DNA of 64,000 nt from positions 36,237 through 100,236 of the IMG/VR virus record IMGVR_UViG_3300002026_000004. One strand, written 5' to 3'. Under the pieces are notes generated by a model. That model saw only the letters and a program-made list of their open reading frames with translations, had not been told where the DNA came from and made no database searches. Positions 39,211-47,465 of this stretch are shown one piece after another. Source of the stretch: a virus. Within the stretch, counting starts at the first letter, position 1. Every line of letters starts with the position of its first letter. Position numbers and translations under genes: made by a program.

Positions 39211-39843
39211 ATGTTTACACCTATTGGTAAGTTAGATCAAAAAGAAATATTAGAATGTTGGGAGTTTGCGTACCAAAAATCTTGTAAAAATAAAACAAGA
39301 TCAGTCAAAAATGACTTTGGTTCTTCATATTTAAGAAAAGATACAGAAATATTTATAGATGTATTTGGTGGAAAATTAGCTGAGTATGCTATTGCTAAGG
39401 AACTAAATAAAATTTATCCTTGTCGTAAACCTAATATGCTGGTGTTAGAAACATCTAGTTGTGATGATGGGTGTGATTTAGTATTTAATAATAAAATTAT
39501 TTCATGTAAGACTTCTAAAAAGAATAGTAAATTATTATTATTAGAAGTTTCTAGGTATAATAATAATGGTGAGTATTTAATAAAAGGTACACCTGTTCAT
39601 ATTGATGAATTCATAATTTGTAGAGTAAATTATATTGATGGTTTACCTAGAATAGGATCATATAAAAACTTAAAATCAATAGAATATGATACTCCTAGAG
39701 TTCTTTCTAAAGAAATGTTTAAAGAGGGGATTAAAAATAATAGTATTATGAATAAAGGATCACTATTAGGTAAAATTGCTATGCGAGTTAATAATTATTA
39801 TTTTAATATAGATAGTTTACCCACCATTAATAATTATTACTAA
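39211..39843 (+). CDS. PD-(D/E)XK endonuclease-like moron
   Basis: GKLAEYA, DDGCDL and ISCKT; own promoter; contains four GATC sites. Confidence 0.55.
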   Translation: MFTPIGKLDQKEILECWEFAYQKSCKNKTRSVKNDFGSSYLRKDTEIFIDVFGGKLAEYAIAKELNKIYPCRKPNMLVLETSSCDDGCDLVFNNKIISCKTSKKNSKLLLLEVSRYNNNGEYLIKGTPVHIDEFIICRVNYIDGLPRIGSYKNLKSIEYDTPRVLSKEMFKEGIKNNSIMNKGSLLGKIAMRVNNYYFNIDSLPTINNYY

Positions 39844-39849
39844 TTATAT

Positions 39850-40311
39850 ATGAAGTATTTACTAAGATTAGTAGAAGATAATGATGACGACTATGGTGAC
39901 GACTATGGTGACGACCAAGATGAACCTGTAATGTCAATAAATGATATAAAGAGTAGGATATCTTGGTTAGCTAAAATAGCACAAAAAGTATATGATGATT
40001 GGGATGAGGATGATAAAGATACTTATGCTGGTGGTGGTATCTGTCATTTAATCGCTGATGAGTTTTCTAGTTATCTTAATTTTCATGGTATTGATACGAG
40101 AACAGTATCCTCTTCACATGAGCAACATGTATATTGTGTTAGTGTAGTTAAAGAGGGTGTTTATACTGTTGATATCCATTGGTCTTATTATGAGTCTGGT
40201 GGTGGGTTTAGTTGGAAAAAAATACCTAATGTTGTATTTGATGGTAATGAAATAAACTTCTATAGGCTATCTACAGATTACCATGATTTTGATGAATATA
40301 CTGAAGACTAA
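39850..40311 (+). CDS. Cys-His-Asp (papain/transglutaminase-like) protein, leaderless, LxE leader
   Basis: GGICHLIA...QHVY...VDI; MKYLLRLVE. Confidence 0.55.
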   Translation: MKYLLRLVEDNDDDYGDDYGDDQDEPVMSINDIKSRISWLAKIAQKVYDDWDEDDKDTYAGGGICHLIADEFSSYLNFHGIDTRTVSSSHEQHVYCVSVVKEGVYTVDIHWSYYESGGGFSWKKIPNVVFDGNEINFYRLSTDYHDFDEYTED

Positions 40312-40730
40312 TACCCTCTATCACTATGAGTAATGACATCTTTTATAATTACAGAGTTCTTTCCATATTCAAAACGTAGTGATACATCACCATTAATTCT
40401 AATTAAGTAATGATTCTTTATTTCAAAAGTTATTGAATGATACTTATAACTCTTTGGCAGTAAGTGTTCTTTTTGAGTAGCTAGTACATAAAAAATAAAT
40501 TGAAATTTAGGTATTAAAACTATAGCTTTATTATGTAAATTTTGCAATGTTTTAGAAAAAGAGTTTAAAGTTTGAATCTCTCTAACAACTGGACTAGTAA
40601 CTACAGTAGTAAAGACGCTTCTATCTATAACAAGGAGGTCTTGGAGGTCTTTATTAAACTCTTTAGGAATATCCTTAAAGTTTAATATTCTTTTTATATC
40701 ATCTTTTGTAAATGTTTCTACTATTTGCAT
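40308..40730 (-). CDS. RelE/YafQ-like ribonuclease candidate
   Basis: LPKSYKYHSI...IRINGDVSLRFEY...ITHSD resembles the YafQ/RelE C-half. Confidence 0.5.
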   Translation of the reverse strand: MQIVETFTKDDIKRILNFKDIPKEFNKDLQDLLVIDRSVFTTVVTSPVVREIQTLNSFSKTLQNLHNKAIVLIPKFQFIFYVLATQKEHLLPKSYKYHSITFEIKNHYLIRINGDVSLRFEYGKNSVIIKDVITHSDRGY

Positions 40731-40733
40731 ACC

Positions 40734-40913
40734 TTATTCCTTGGAAAGGTTGTAATCAAGCCACGCATCTGCAAGAGCATTAAAAGACTCTTCAGTAAAG
40801 GCACTAATAAAACCCTTTTTGATATTTTCAGTAAGCTGTTCAGGGGAAGGAATCACATAACGAGCATCAACAATCCCCTCAACCTTGCTGAAATCAATCT
40901 TGGTAACGTCCAT
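40734..40913 (-). CDS. 59-aa acidic early protein (absent from the ORF track)
   Basis: MDVTKIDFSKVEGIVDARY...DYNLSKE; SD AAGGAG; early promoter upstream. Confidence 0.7.
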   Translation of the reverse strand: MDVTKIDFSKVEGIVDARYVIPSPEQLTENIKKGFISAFTEESFNALADAWLDYNLSKE

Positions 40914-40935
40914 ATTGTCTCCTTAATCTTAGTTA

Positions 40936-40964
40936 ATTATACTCTATTATTAAATAAATGTCAA
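40936..40964 (-). promoter_or_regulatory. Early sigma70-type promoter
   Basis: Consensus TTGACA-N17-TATAAT. Confidence 0.85.
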
Positions 40965-40980
40965 TAGGTATTAGCTATTT

Positions 40981-41451
40981 TTAGTTATTTTCTAGCCATT
41001 TTTCGTATTGAACTATGTAATTTCGTTGCTCTTTAGTATCAAGTGCTGGACGTTTTTCTGTAACTAATTTATATGCAGATTTAGCTGACTTCAATAATCT
41101 AGTAAATAAACCTACTACTATTAGTCCAGTTCTACCAGTACCACCGTGGCAATGAACTAATACATTATTTTTACTCTTAATATCAATAAGAATATTTTCA
41201 ATAACTGCATTATACTTAGCCATAGATATAGGTAAGCCAAAATCTTGAATAGGGAATCTCTTTATTATTATATTAGCTTTTCTATATATAGTTGCTAAAT
41301 ACTTCTCTATCTTTAAATCAATATCATCTTTCTCTAATAATATATACACAATACTAATATTGTTCTTTATTAAGAAGTCTGGGTCTGTAGTTAAATCATG
41401 AACACCACAGGCGAATAAGGAACCTGACCTAAAACTAAATTGAGATAACAT
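40981..41451 (-). CDS. Dual-specificity protein phosphatase
   Basis: FPIQDFGLP, HCHGGTGRT (HCX5R) and TKEQ. Confidence 0.9.
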   Translation of the reverse strand: MLSQFSFRSGSLFACGVHDLTTDPDFLIKNNISIVYILLEKDDIDLKIEKYLATIYRKANIIIKRFPIQDFGLPISMAKYNAVIENILIDIKSKNNVLVHCHGGTGRTGLIVVGLFTRLLKSAKSAYKLVTEKRPALDTKEQRNYIVQYEKWLENN

Positions 41452-44189
41452 TATTTCTTTCCTTTATTTTTTCTAATAGCACTAAGAACCACTTCAGGAG
41501 TATATGGATTGACAGGCATAGTTACTGATACTATAAAATATTCTATCTTCTTTTGAGTAGTATCAACAGCTATAACTATTTTTTTATTTTCTGGAATATC
41601 TTTAATATTGACAAATAGCATCTTATTAGAAGAACTCCATTGATATTCTTGGTCTAAGAAGAAAGCTCTTTCAATAAAAGTAGTAGCATATTCTTTAGAA
41701 TTAAATTGTAATTCAAAATAAGTTGTTTCTGGTTTTTGAGGAGTTTTTGTAGGAGTAAATCCACCTTTATACTTTCTAATGATATTAAGAACTTGGTCAG
41801 GAGTAGCAGGATTATCAACAGGGTCATCCCAAGGAGCAATAAAGAAATCGATAGTTTTTGGGTCGGTTCCAACCTCTATTAACATTTTTTTATTTCCTGG
41901 TAGTTCTTTGATTTCACTATAAATTTTAGTATCAGTGAACCAGTTATATTGTTTATCTAAATCAAAAGCTTTATAAATAAAATTAGTAGCATCATCTAAA
42001 TTACTAAACTCTAATACATAGAAAGGTTGAATAGTCTCAGATGCTTTAGGAGTTTTAACTTCTCCTAATAATTCTATAAGATGGTCTATCGTTATAACAA
42101 TATTATCTAATTCTGAATCAAACTTAGCATAATACTCGATTTTTTTTGCAGAAACATTAATAGTAAGATAAAAGTTTTCAAACGTATTACTAGTAAAAAA
42201 AGCACCCTGTGTAGGGTAGTTTCCATCACCAGCCCAAGTAAACCCCTTTACCTCTAAAAATTTTAATAAAGATTGCTTATCATTTAAATCTACAAATACA
42301 GCTACTTGAGCATAAGTTGTAGGTTTAGTAGGAGTATTTGATTTGCCCTCTTGTCTACTTAGCAATTTTTTAGCCGTTTCTACTCCATATCCAATACCTA
42401 ATTCAGGAGTATTATTTTGATAATAATATATTTTTTTAATATCTGGTCTTATTAATAAATAGAAATTAACAGCATTATCATCAGAATATATCAATTCTTT
42501 AATAGGTTTACCATTGCCCCATGTATATCCAACATTTAAGTTATCTAAAAATTGTAAAAAATCTTTTTTATATGTTGGGGTTAGATAAACATTAAATGGT
42601 TTAAGATTATCTTTAGATTTTCCAGCTAGTGCTGTTAATGTTGTTCTAGCCTCATCTAAACCAATATGTATATTCCCATATTTTACTGAATCATAAGAGT
42701 ATGCTATAGTTTTCTTATTAGTATCAATAATTAGAAAGAAATTCTTAGATGCATCACTAGCATATACTGAGCTATCTGTAACTTTTGTTCCTGATATCCA
42801 TACATATCCATCATCTAAGTCTTGAATAAATCGTAAAAATGGTTTTTTATCTTCTTTAGTTAAATAAACAGCAAGTGTTTCTGAATCACTAACTTCTTTA
42901 GTATTTTTCTTTTCAAGCTTTTTTAAGTTTTGTAAATGCTTCTTAGCTAATGAGAGTTCTACAGGGTTACCATATTCTTTTTCATCTATTTCATTCATAT
43001 TACTACTATAAACAAGTTCTCTCCCTTTAGTTTTTATAATTATGAATAGTGGATTATAGGAAGGGACATATGAAGAGGGAGAGTGACTAGAGCCTGACCA
43101 TTTATAATTCATATCTAATTTCTCTATAAATTGTAAGAATTCTAATTTTTCATCCCCTGATACTAATACTTGGAAATTCTCACCAATATTTTTCTCTTTA
43201 GTAATAAACGTCATCTTAGGTTCATCAGAACCACCAACTTTTTTACCTTTCTTATCATAAATAGATTGTGAATAATAATTCTTAGATACATAGGCTACAA
43301 CATATTTTAATTGTGGTGATACCTTATCAAAGAATTGAGTAATATTAGTAGCATCTCGTTTCCAATCTAATGCAGTTACAATCCAATTCATTGAGTAGTT
43401 CTTTGTATATAATTTTACTTTAGTAAAAACAGAACCAGTATTGTGCTGTAAGTCATAAGCGTGGTCAATCCAAATAGTTTTCTGCTCTAAAGATTCTGCT
43501 GAAGTTAATTTAACTAAAGCATTAGCTATTTTTCCCCAAGCTTTTCCACCATAAGCAGAGTTCCATTCTAAGTCATTATAAATTTCTCTCATAATAATAC
43601 CTAAATCAGTATTATCTAATTTCATCTCTTTCTGAGTTTGAAGAACTGAAGCGTAATTCATAGCATAAGTAGAATTACGACTACCTTCATTATCATCACC
43701 GGCCAATGCTTTTACTGAACGTCGATTACTAATTTTACTATAAGTAGCATCTTTAGTAAGTTCACCTTGAATACTATTATTATTCTTATAAACGTTATTC
43801 TGATAACGCATAATAAACTTAATTGTTTTTTCTGATATATATTTCTCTGGTACTATATCACCATCAGCATCAGTATATCCATCAGGTTGAATCTCTTTTT
43901 TATTAACTTGATGGGCTTTTTGAACTTGATATGATAAGTTAGATACTGGATCAAAGACATGTCGTAATTCTGCTGATAATGACCATTTTAATGCTCTTAC
44001 CATATGTTTAGTTAAATTATTAACACAATCAGAATACGCTTCATCATAAACGAATTTAAGTGTAGGGTCTTCCTCATGTCTAGGTAGAAATCCTATAATA
44101 AAATAAAAATCATATAATAGTAACTCTGGGTCTTTAGGAGCAGTATAATTAAATGATTCTATACTCTTTTCTTTTAAAATTATTTTCAT
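41451..44189 (-). CDS. 912-aa protein with a conserved N-domain and six ~90-aa tandem repeats
   Basis: AYGGKAWGKIA, WIDHAYDLQHNTG; repeats F[LI]..l...[YF].W; leader MKIILKE. Confidence 0.7.
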   Translation of the reverse strand: MKIILKEKSIESFNYTAPKDPELLLYDFYFIIGFLPRHEEDPTLKFVYDEAYSDCVNNLTKHMVRALKWSLSAELRHVFDPVSNLSYQVQKAHQVNKKEIQPDGYTDADGDIVPEKYISEKTIKFIMRYQNNVYKNNNSIQGELTKDATYSKISNRRSVKALAGDDNEGSRNSTYAMNYASVLQTQKEMKLDNTDLGIIMREIYNDLEWNSAYGGKAWGKIANALVKLTSAESLEQKTIWIDHAYDLQHNTGSVFTKVKLYTKNYSMNWIVTALDWKRDATNITQFFDKVSPQLKYVVAYVSKNYYSQSIYDKKGKKVGGSDEPKMTFITKEKNIGENFQVLVSGDEKLEFLQFIEKLDMNYKWSGSSHSPSSYVPSYNPLFIIIKTKGRELVYSSNMNEIDEKEYGNPVELSLAKKHLQNLKKLEKKNTKEVSDSETLAVYLTKEDKKPFLRFIQDLDDGYVWISGTKVTDSSVYASDASKNFFLIIDTNKKTIAYSYDSVKYGNIHIGLDEARTTLTALAGKSKDNLKPFNVYLTPTYKKDFLQFLDNLNVGYTWGNGKPIKELIYSDDNAVNFYLLIRPDIKKIYYYQNNTPELGIGYGVETAKKLLSRQEGKSNTPTKPTTYAQVAVFVDLNDKQSLLKFLEVKGFTWAGDGNYPTQGAFFTSNTFENFYLTINVSAKKIEYYAKFDSELDNIVITIDHLIELLGEVKTPKASETIQPFYVLEFSNLDDATNFIYKAFDLDKQYNWFTDTKIYSEIKELPGNKKMLIEVGTDPKTIDFFIAPWDDPVDNPATPDQVLNIIRKYKGGFTPTKTPQKPETTYFELQFNSKEYATTFIERAFFLDQEYQWSSSNKMLFVNIKDIPENKKIVIAVDTTQKKIEYFIVSVTMPVNPYTPEVVLSAIRKNKGKK

Positions 44190-44198
44190 TACATTTCC

Positions 44199-44426
44199 TT
44201 ACTTGTCAGGAGATAATCCTGTTACTTTCTTACTACCTTCCATAGCCTCTGGTTCATCATCATCGTCATCATCTTCCATTGTATTAGCAATTAGGAATGT
44301 CTTAATAGCATCTTTCATTTTCTTTGCTACTTTCTTATTTGAACAGCGTAAAAGAATTACATCATCAATACGGTCTACAGATACCTTATGTAACTTAGCC
44401 TCATCCTGAGAGATAAATACTTTCAT
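44199..44426 (-). CDS. Small hypothetical late protein
   Basis: Late motif at 44446; SD AGGAG. Confidence 0.6.
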   Translation of the reverse strand: MKVFISQDEAKLHKVSVDRIDDVILLRCSNKKVAKKMKDAIKTFLIANTMEDDDDDDEPEAMEGSKKVTGLSPDK

Positions 44427-44458
44427 TGGTGTACTCCTAGTTATATAATTAGTTATAA

Positions 44459-44623
44459 TTAGGGTATGGGTCTATTAAGCAGGATTCTAACTTCGTCAAT
44501 AGCGGGTTTCATATTATCAAATAACCAATCACCAATTTCTTTAGGAGTATAATAGGTTCCACCTACTAATACTTCCCAAGAGTCGATTAGTTTGTTTAAT
44601 ACTTTTAATTCCTCTGTAGTCAT
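44459..44623 (-). CDS. 54-aa hypothetical protein
   Basis: MTTEELKVLNKLIDSW...; SD AAGGA. Confidence 0.5.
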   Translation of the reverse strand: MTTEELKVLNKLIDSWEVLVGGTYYTPKEIGDWLFDNMKPAIDEVRILLNRPIP

Positions 44624-44625
44624 TA

Positions 44626-45294
44626 TTATATCCTTTTAATATATTTGTAGCCTTCAATTAACCAATCAGCATAAATATTACCGTCATCTAATTTACCATA
44701 CCAACCACAGGAATATGGTGAATTACATTCAACTAAAGTTAAATCATTATCAACAAATCCTATATCCATAGCTCCACAATAATCTTCAGGAATATTAAGG
44801 TTATACATAGATAATAACATTTTACAGAAGGATACATCTTCTTTATCTATTTCTGAATACCATCCAATATATTTAATTTCACCATTAGAGATATATAATC
44901 TCCATTCATCATCGTCAAATTTAACTACCTCTGAGCAAACATATGGGCCTTTTTTCTTACCCTTGTATGTTCCTGTTGTTATTGTAGCTTTGAACCTCTT
45001 GTGCTTATCAGAGGGCTTTACGAAGACACCCTTTTCCATTGGCCAAGTATCCTGATACCAAATATTTCTATTCCAAATAGGTTTCAACCACTCTGGATAA
45101 TAATCAGGCTTAATAACTTTCCCTAGAACGCCTTCAACCCAATCGATATTTCCTGCTGGAACAAAATCTTTTGAGACTTCTGAAGGTTTACTAAAATACT
45201 GAATATTATATTTTTCTGGAAACTTTATACTAGCTACTCGTAATGAAGATTTTTCTTTATCACTTTCACTTCTCTGTAAAGCAAAGGTAGTCAT
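44626..45294 (-). CDS. ATP-grasp protein (DUF4343/R2K-like)
   Basis: KPDYYPE, VFVKP, EWRLYI, MDIG and LVECN...GWYG. Confidence 0.75.
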   Translation of the reverse strand: MTTFALQRSESDKEKSSLRVASIKFPEKYNIQYFSKPSEVSKDFVPAGNIDWVEGVLGKVIKPDYYPEWLKPIWNRNIWYQDTWPMEKGVFVKPSDKHKRFKATITTGTYKGKKKGPYVCSEVVKFDDDEWRLYISNGEIKYIGWYSEIDKEDVSFCKMLLSMYNLNIPEDYCGAMDIGFVDNDLTLVECNSPYSCGWYGKLDDGNIYADWLIEGYKYIKRI

Positions 45295-45463
45295 TTTAAA
45301 TATCCTTTCTTATTAACTAAATTACTTTCAATCTTAATAAATGATTTACAAGATTTTTCTTTACCCTTAAAATCTTTATACTGTTGGTCTATAGGGTCCA
45401 TAACACATAACTTTCTATAACATTCATCCCGTAATGGACAAAACTCAGTTGTACACATTATTG

Positions 45464-45856
45464 TCATTGGGCTTGTCCTCTAATAGTATTGATTAAAGAT
45501 GGAAAAGGTATTTGAATAGCCTCATTAAGTTCTCTATTCATATTATTAGCTCCAACAGTATTCATTGAATGAATAATAATTTGGGTATTAACAACATCAG
45601 GATATGTTTCTTTCATCCATTTAATAAATTGATAACCTGTATTAGTTTCTTCAGAATCAACAAAAACTTGATTATCTAAATCATGGTCTAAAAGAATGGA
45701 ATCAAAAGGATAGAACTCCTTAAACTCAAGTTTAGCTACTTCAACATTATCTGACCATATTATTTTAACTTCTTCTTTAGGAAATATTTTTGGTAGATAT
45801 CTCCTAAAGGCGTTAATTCTGATTGGGTCATCTTCTAGTATAAATATCTTTTTCAT
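45464..45856 (-). CDS. Cyclic-phosphate-processing receiver domain protein
   Basis: ILEDD, LDHDL, TGY and IIHSMN-VG. Confidence 0.8.
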   Translation of the reverse strand: MKKIFILEDDPIRINAFRRYLPKIFPKEEVKIIWSDNVEVAKLEFKEFYPFDSILLDHDLDNQVFVDSEETNTGYQFIKWMKETYPDVVNTQIIIHSMNTVGANNMNRELNEAIQIPFPSLINTIRGQAQ

Positions 45857-45858
45857 TA

Positions 45859-46248
45859 TTACCCCTTTATAGTTACAGTTACTTCTGTATACCCTTTTCC
45901 ATAAGAGTTTAATTGTTCTCCAATAAAAAATACAACAGGATGGTCACACTCATGCATAATTTCAAATTTAACATTACCAAAGTTCAAAGAAGTTCTAAAT
46001 ATAAAGTCAGAACGATAAGGAAGAAAACCAAAAGCAAACTCAGGATTTTGGTAAGCATAAGTAGTAGTAGAAACTCCAATATCCCAAATCTTACCGATAT
46101 TAGCGTTTACTCCTAATTTATTTACATAAGCAGGAAGAAAAGCTAATGTAGAGTATTCATAATTTTGAAAGCTCTGAGTAGTAACAAAATCATCTTGCTG
46201 TAAAACAGCACCAAAAGTCAAAAACCAGCTTAAAACTATTATAGGCAT
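45859..46248 (-). CDS. Exported/outer-membrane beta-rich early protein
   Basis: Hydrophobic N-terminus, alternating beta patterns, HECDHP; SD GAGGTG. Confidence 0.45.
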   Translation of the reverse strand: MPIIVLSWFLTFGAVLQQDDFVTTQSFQNYEYSTLAFLPAYVNKLGVNANIGKIWDIGVSTTTYAYQNPEFAFGFLPYRSDFIFRTSLNFGNVKFEIMHECDHPVVFFIGEQLNSYGKGYTEVTVTIKG

Positions 46249-46267
46249 ATGTGTCACCTCTACAGTT

Positions 46268-46296
46268 AGTATAACATATATAAATCTAAATGTCAA
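46268..46296 (-). promoter_or_regulatory. Early sigma70-type promoter
   Basis: TTGACA-N17-TATACT. Confidence 0.8.
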
Positions 46297-46349
46297 TAGG
46301 TTATGATGATAATAATAAGTTACTAATTAGATATATTAAGGAGTATTAA

Positions 46350-47363
46350 ATGGCGAGAGTAGTGGACAGTGAGGACATTGAAACATTCAACAAGATAGAT
46401 GAGGAAAAGAAAACATTACAAACTAAGGTTTCCCATATTCCTCCTGCTGGTTATGTTCCAATCCAATTATCAACAGAGGGGTCTTTTGGAGTTCCTAAGA
46501 AAATTTGGGTAAAGAATTTCAGTACTGAGGATGTTTTATACTTATCTATGGCATCAGATGAATTATTACCAGAGTATTTAATTCCTGTATTAAATGCAAA
46601 TATTTGGAATCCTGATAATACTATCAATGTTGCTATGTGGACAGAACCACAGATTGTTGAAGTTTTAATCAAGTTTTATGCTAACTTCTTTTCTTCACAG
46701 ATTACTGATATTAATTTTCCTATCAGTAAAGAAGATATTGAGTTTATTGATAAACCTGAGAATGAGATTATTAAGAAACAATTAGACTCTGGCTGGAAAC
46801 CTTTGATTAATTTAGATTTAACTAAAATAAACTTTTTTGATTTAAAGAAGAGTCCTGTTAAAGAGTATATTAGAGTTAAGCATAATACTCTAAATGTATT
46901 ATTTGGAATACCTCGATTCGGAGATACACTATCATTAAAGAAAGTACTAAAAGACAAGTTTTCTGAAACAGATGATAAGTATGAAAAAATGAGAAAGAAA
47001 GAAGAAGATTTAACTTCAGAACAAAGATTAGAAATAGAAAAGTATTTCTTAGAAAAGTCTATGTATATAACTACAGTAACTAAGTTTTATTACTTAAAAG
47101 AAATTGATGGTAAAGATATTTCCGGTTTATCTTTACTAGAAAAGATTAATACATACCAGTCTGACGCAAGATTAGACGTATTAGTATTAAGATCATATGA
47201 AAAAGCATTAGATAAATTGAAGTATGGTATTGACCCTATGGTAGAAGTTATGAATCCGTTTACACAAAAACCATGTTCAAGGAGGTTCGTTTTTCGACCA
47301 TTTAATTTACTTCAAATTATTCTCGTATCAGAGCCTGATGAATATGATGTTCAATATGAGTAA
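46350..47363 (+). CDS. Baseplate hub assembly protein (T4 gp26-like)
   Basis: IQLST, VKNFSTED, FGIPRFGD and KYGID; first gene of the tail operon. Confidence 0.6.
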   Translation: MARVVDSEDIETFNKIDEEKKTLQTKVSHIPPAGYVPIQLSTEGSFGVPKKIWVKNFSTEDVLYLSMASDELLPEYLIPVLNANIWNPDNTINVAMWTEPQIVEVLIKFYANFFSSQITDINFPISKEDIEFIDKPENEIIKKQLDSGWKPLINLDLTKINFFDLKKSPVKEYIRVKHNTLNVLFGIPRFGDTLSLKKVLKDKFSETDDKYEKMRKKEEDLTSEQRLEIEKYFLEKSMYITTVTKFYYLKEIDGKDISGLSLLEKINTYQSDARLDVLVLRSYEKALDKLKYGIDPMVEVMNPFTQKPCSRRFVFRPFNLLQIILVSEPDEYDVQYE

Positions 47364-47460
47364 GCATACTACTAATCCTATTGAATCTTTATTAAAATTA
47401 CCTATAGGTATTTTAGTAGGCCAATATAAGTTATTAGAAAAAAGTTTTAAAAAAGGTTAA
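47296..47460 (+). CDS. gp51-like extension in the +1 frame
   Basis: ...YQSLMNMMFNMSKHTTNPIESLLKLPIGIL...; no SD near its ATGs. Confidence 0.45.
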   Translation, partial: DHLIYFKLFSYQSLMNMMFNMSKHTTNPIESLLKLPIGILVGQYKLLEKSFKKG

Positions 47461-47465
47461 CAACA

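Noticed and set aside
40725-40967. 80-aa plus-strand ORF
   Set aside because: The real gene is on the minus strand (40734-40913), with promoter and SD.
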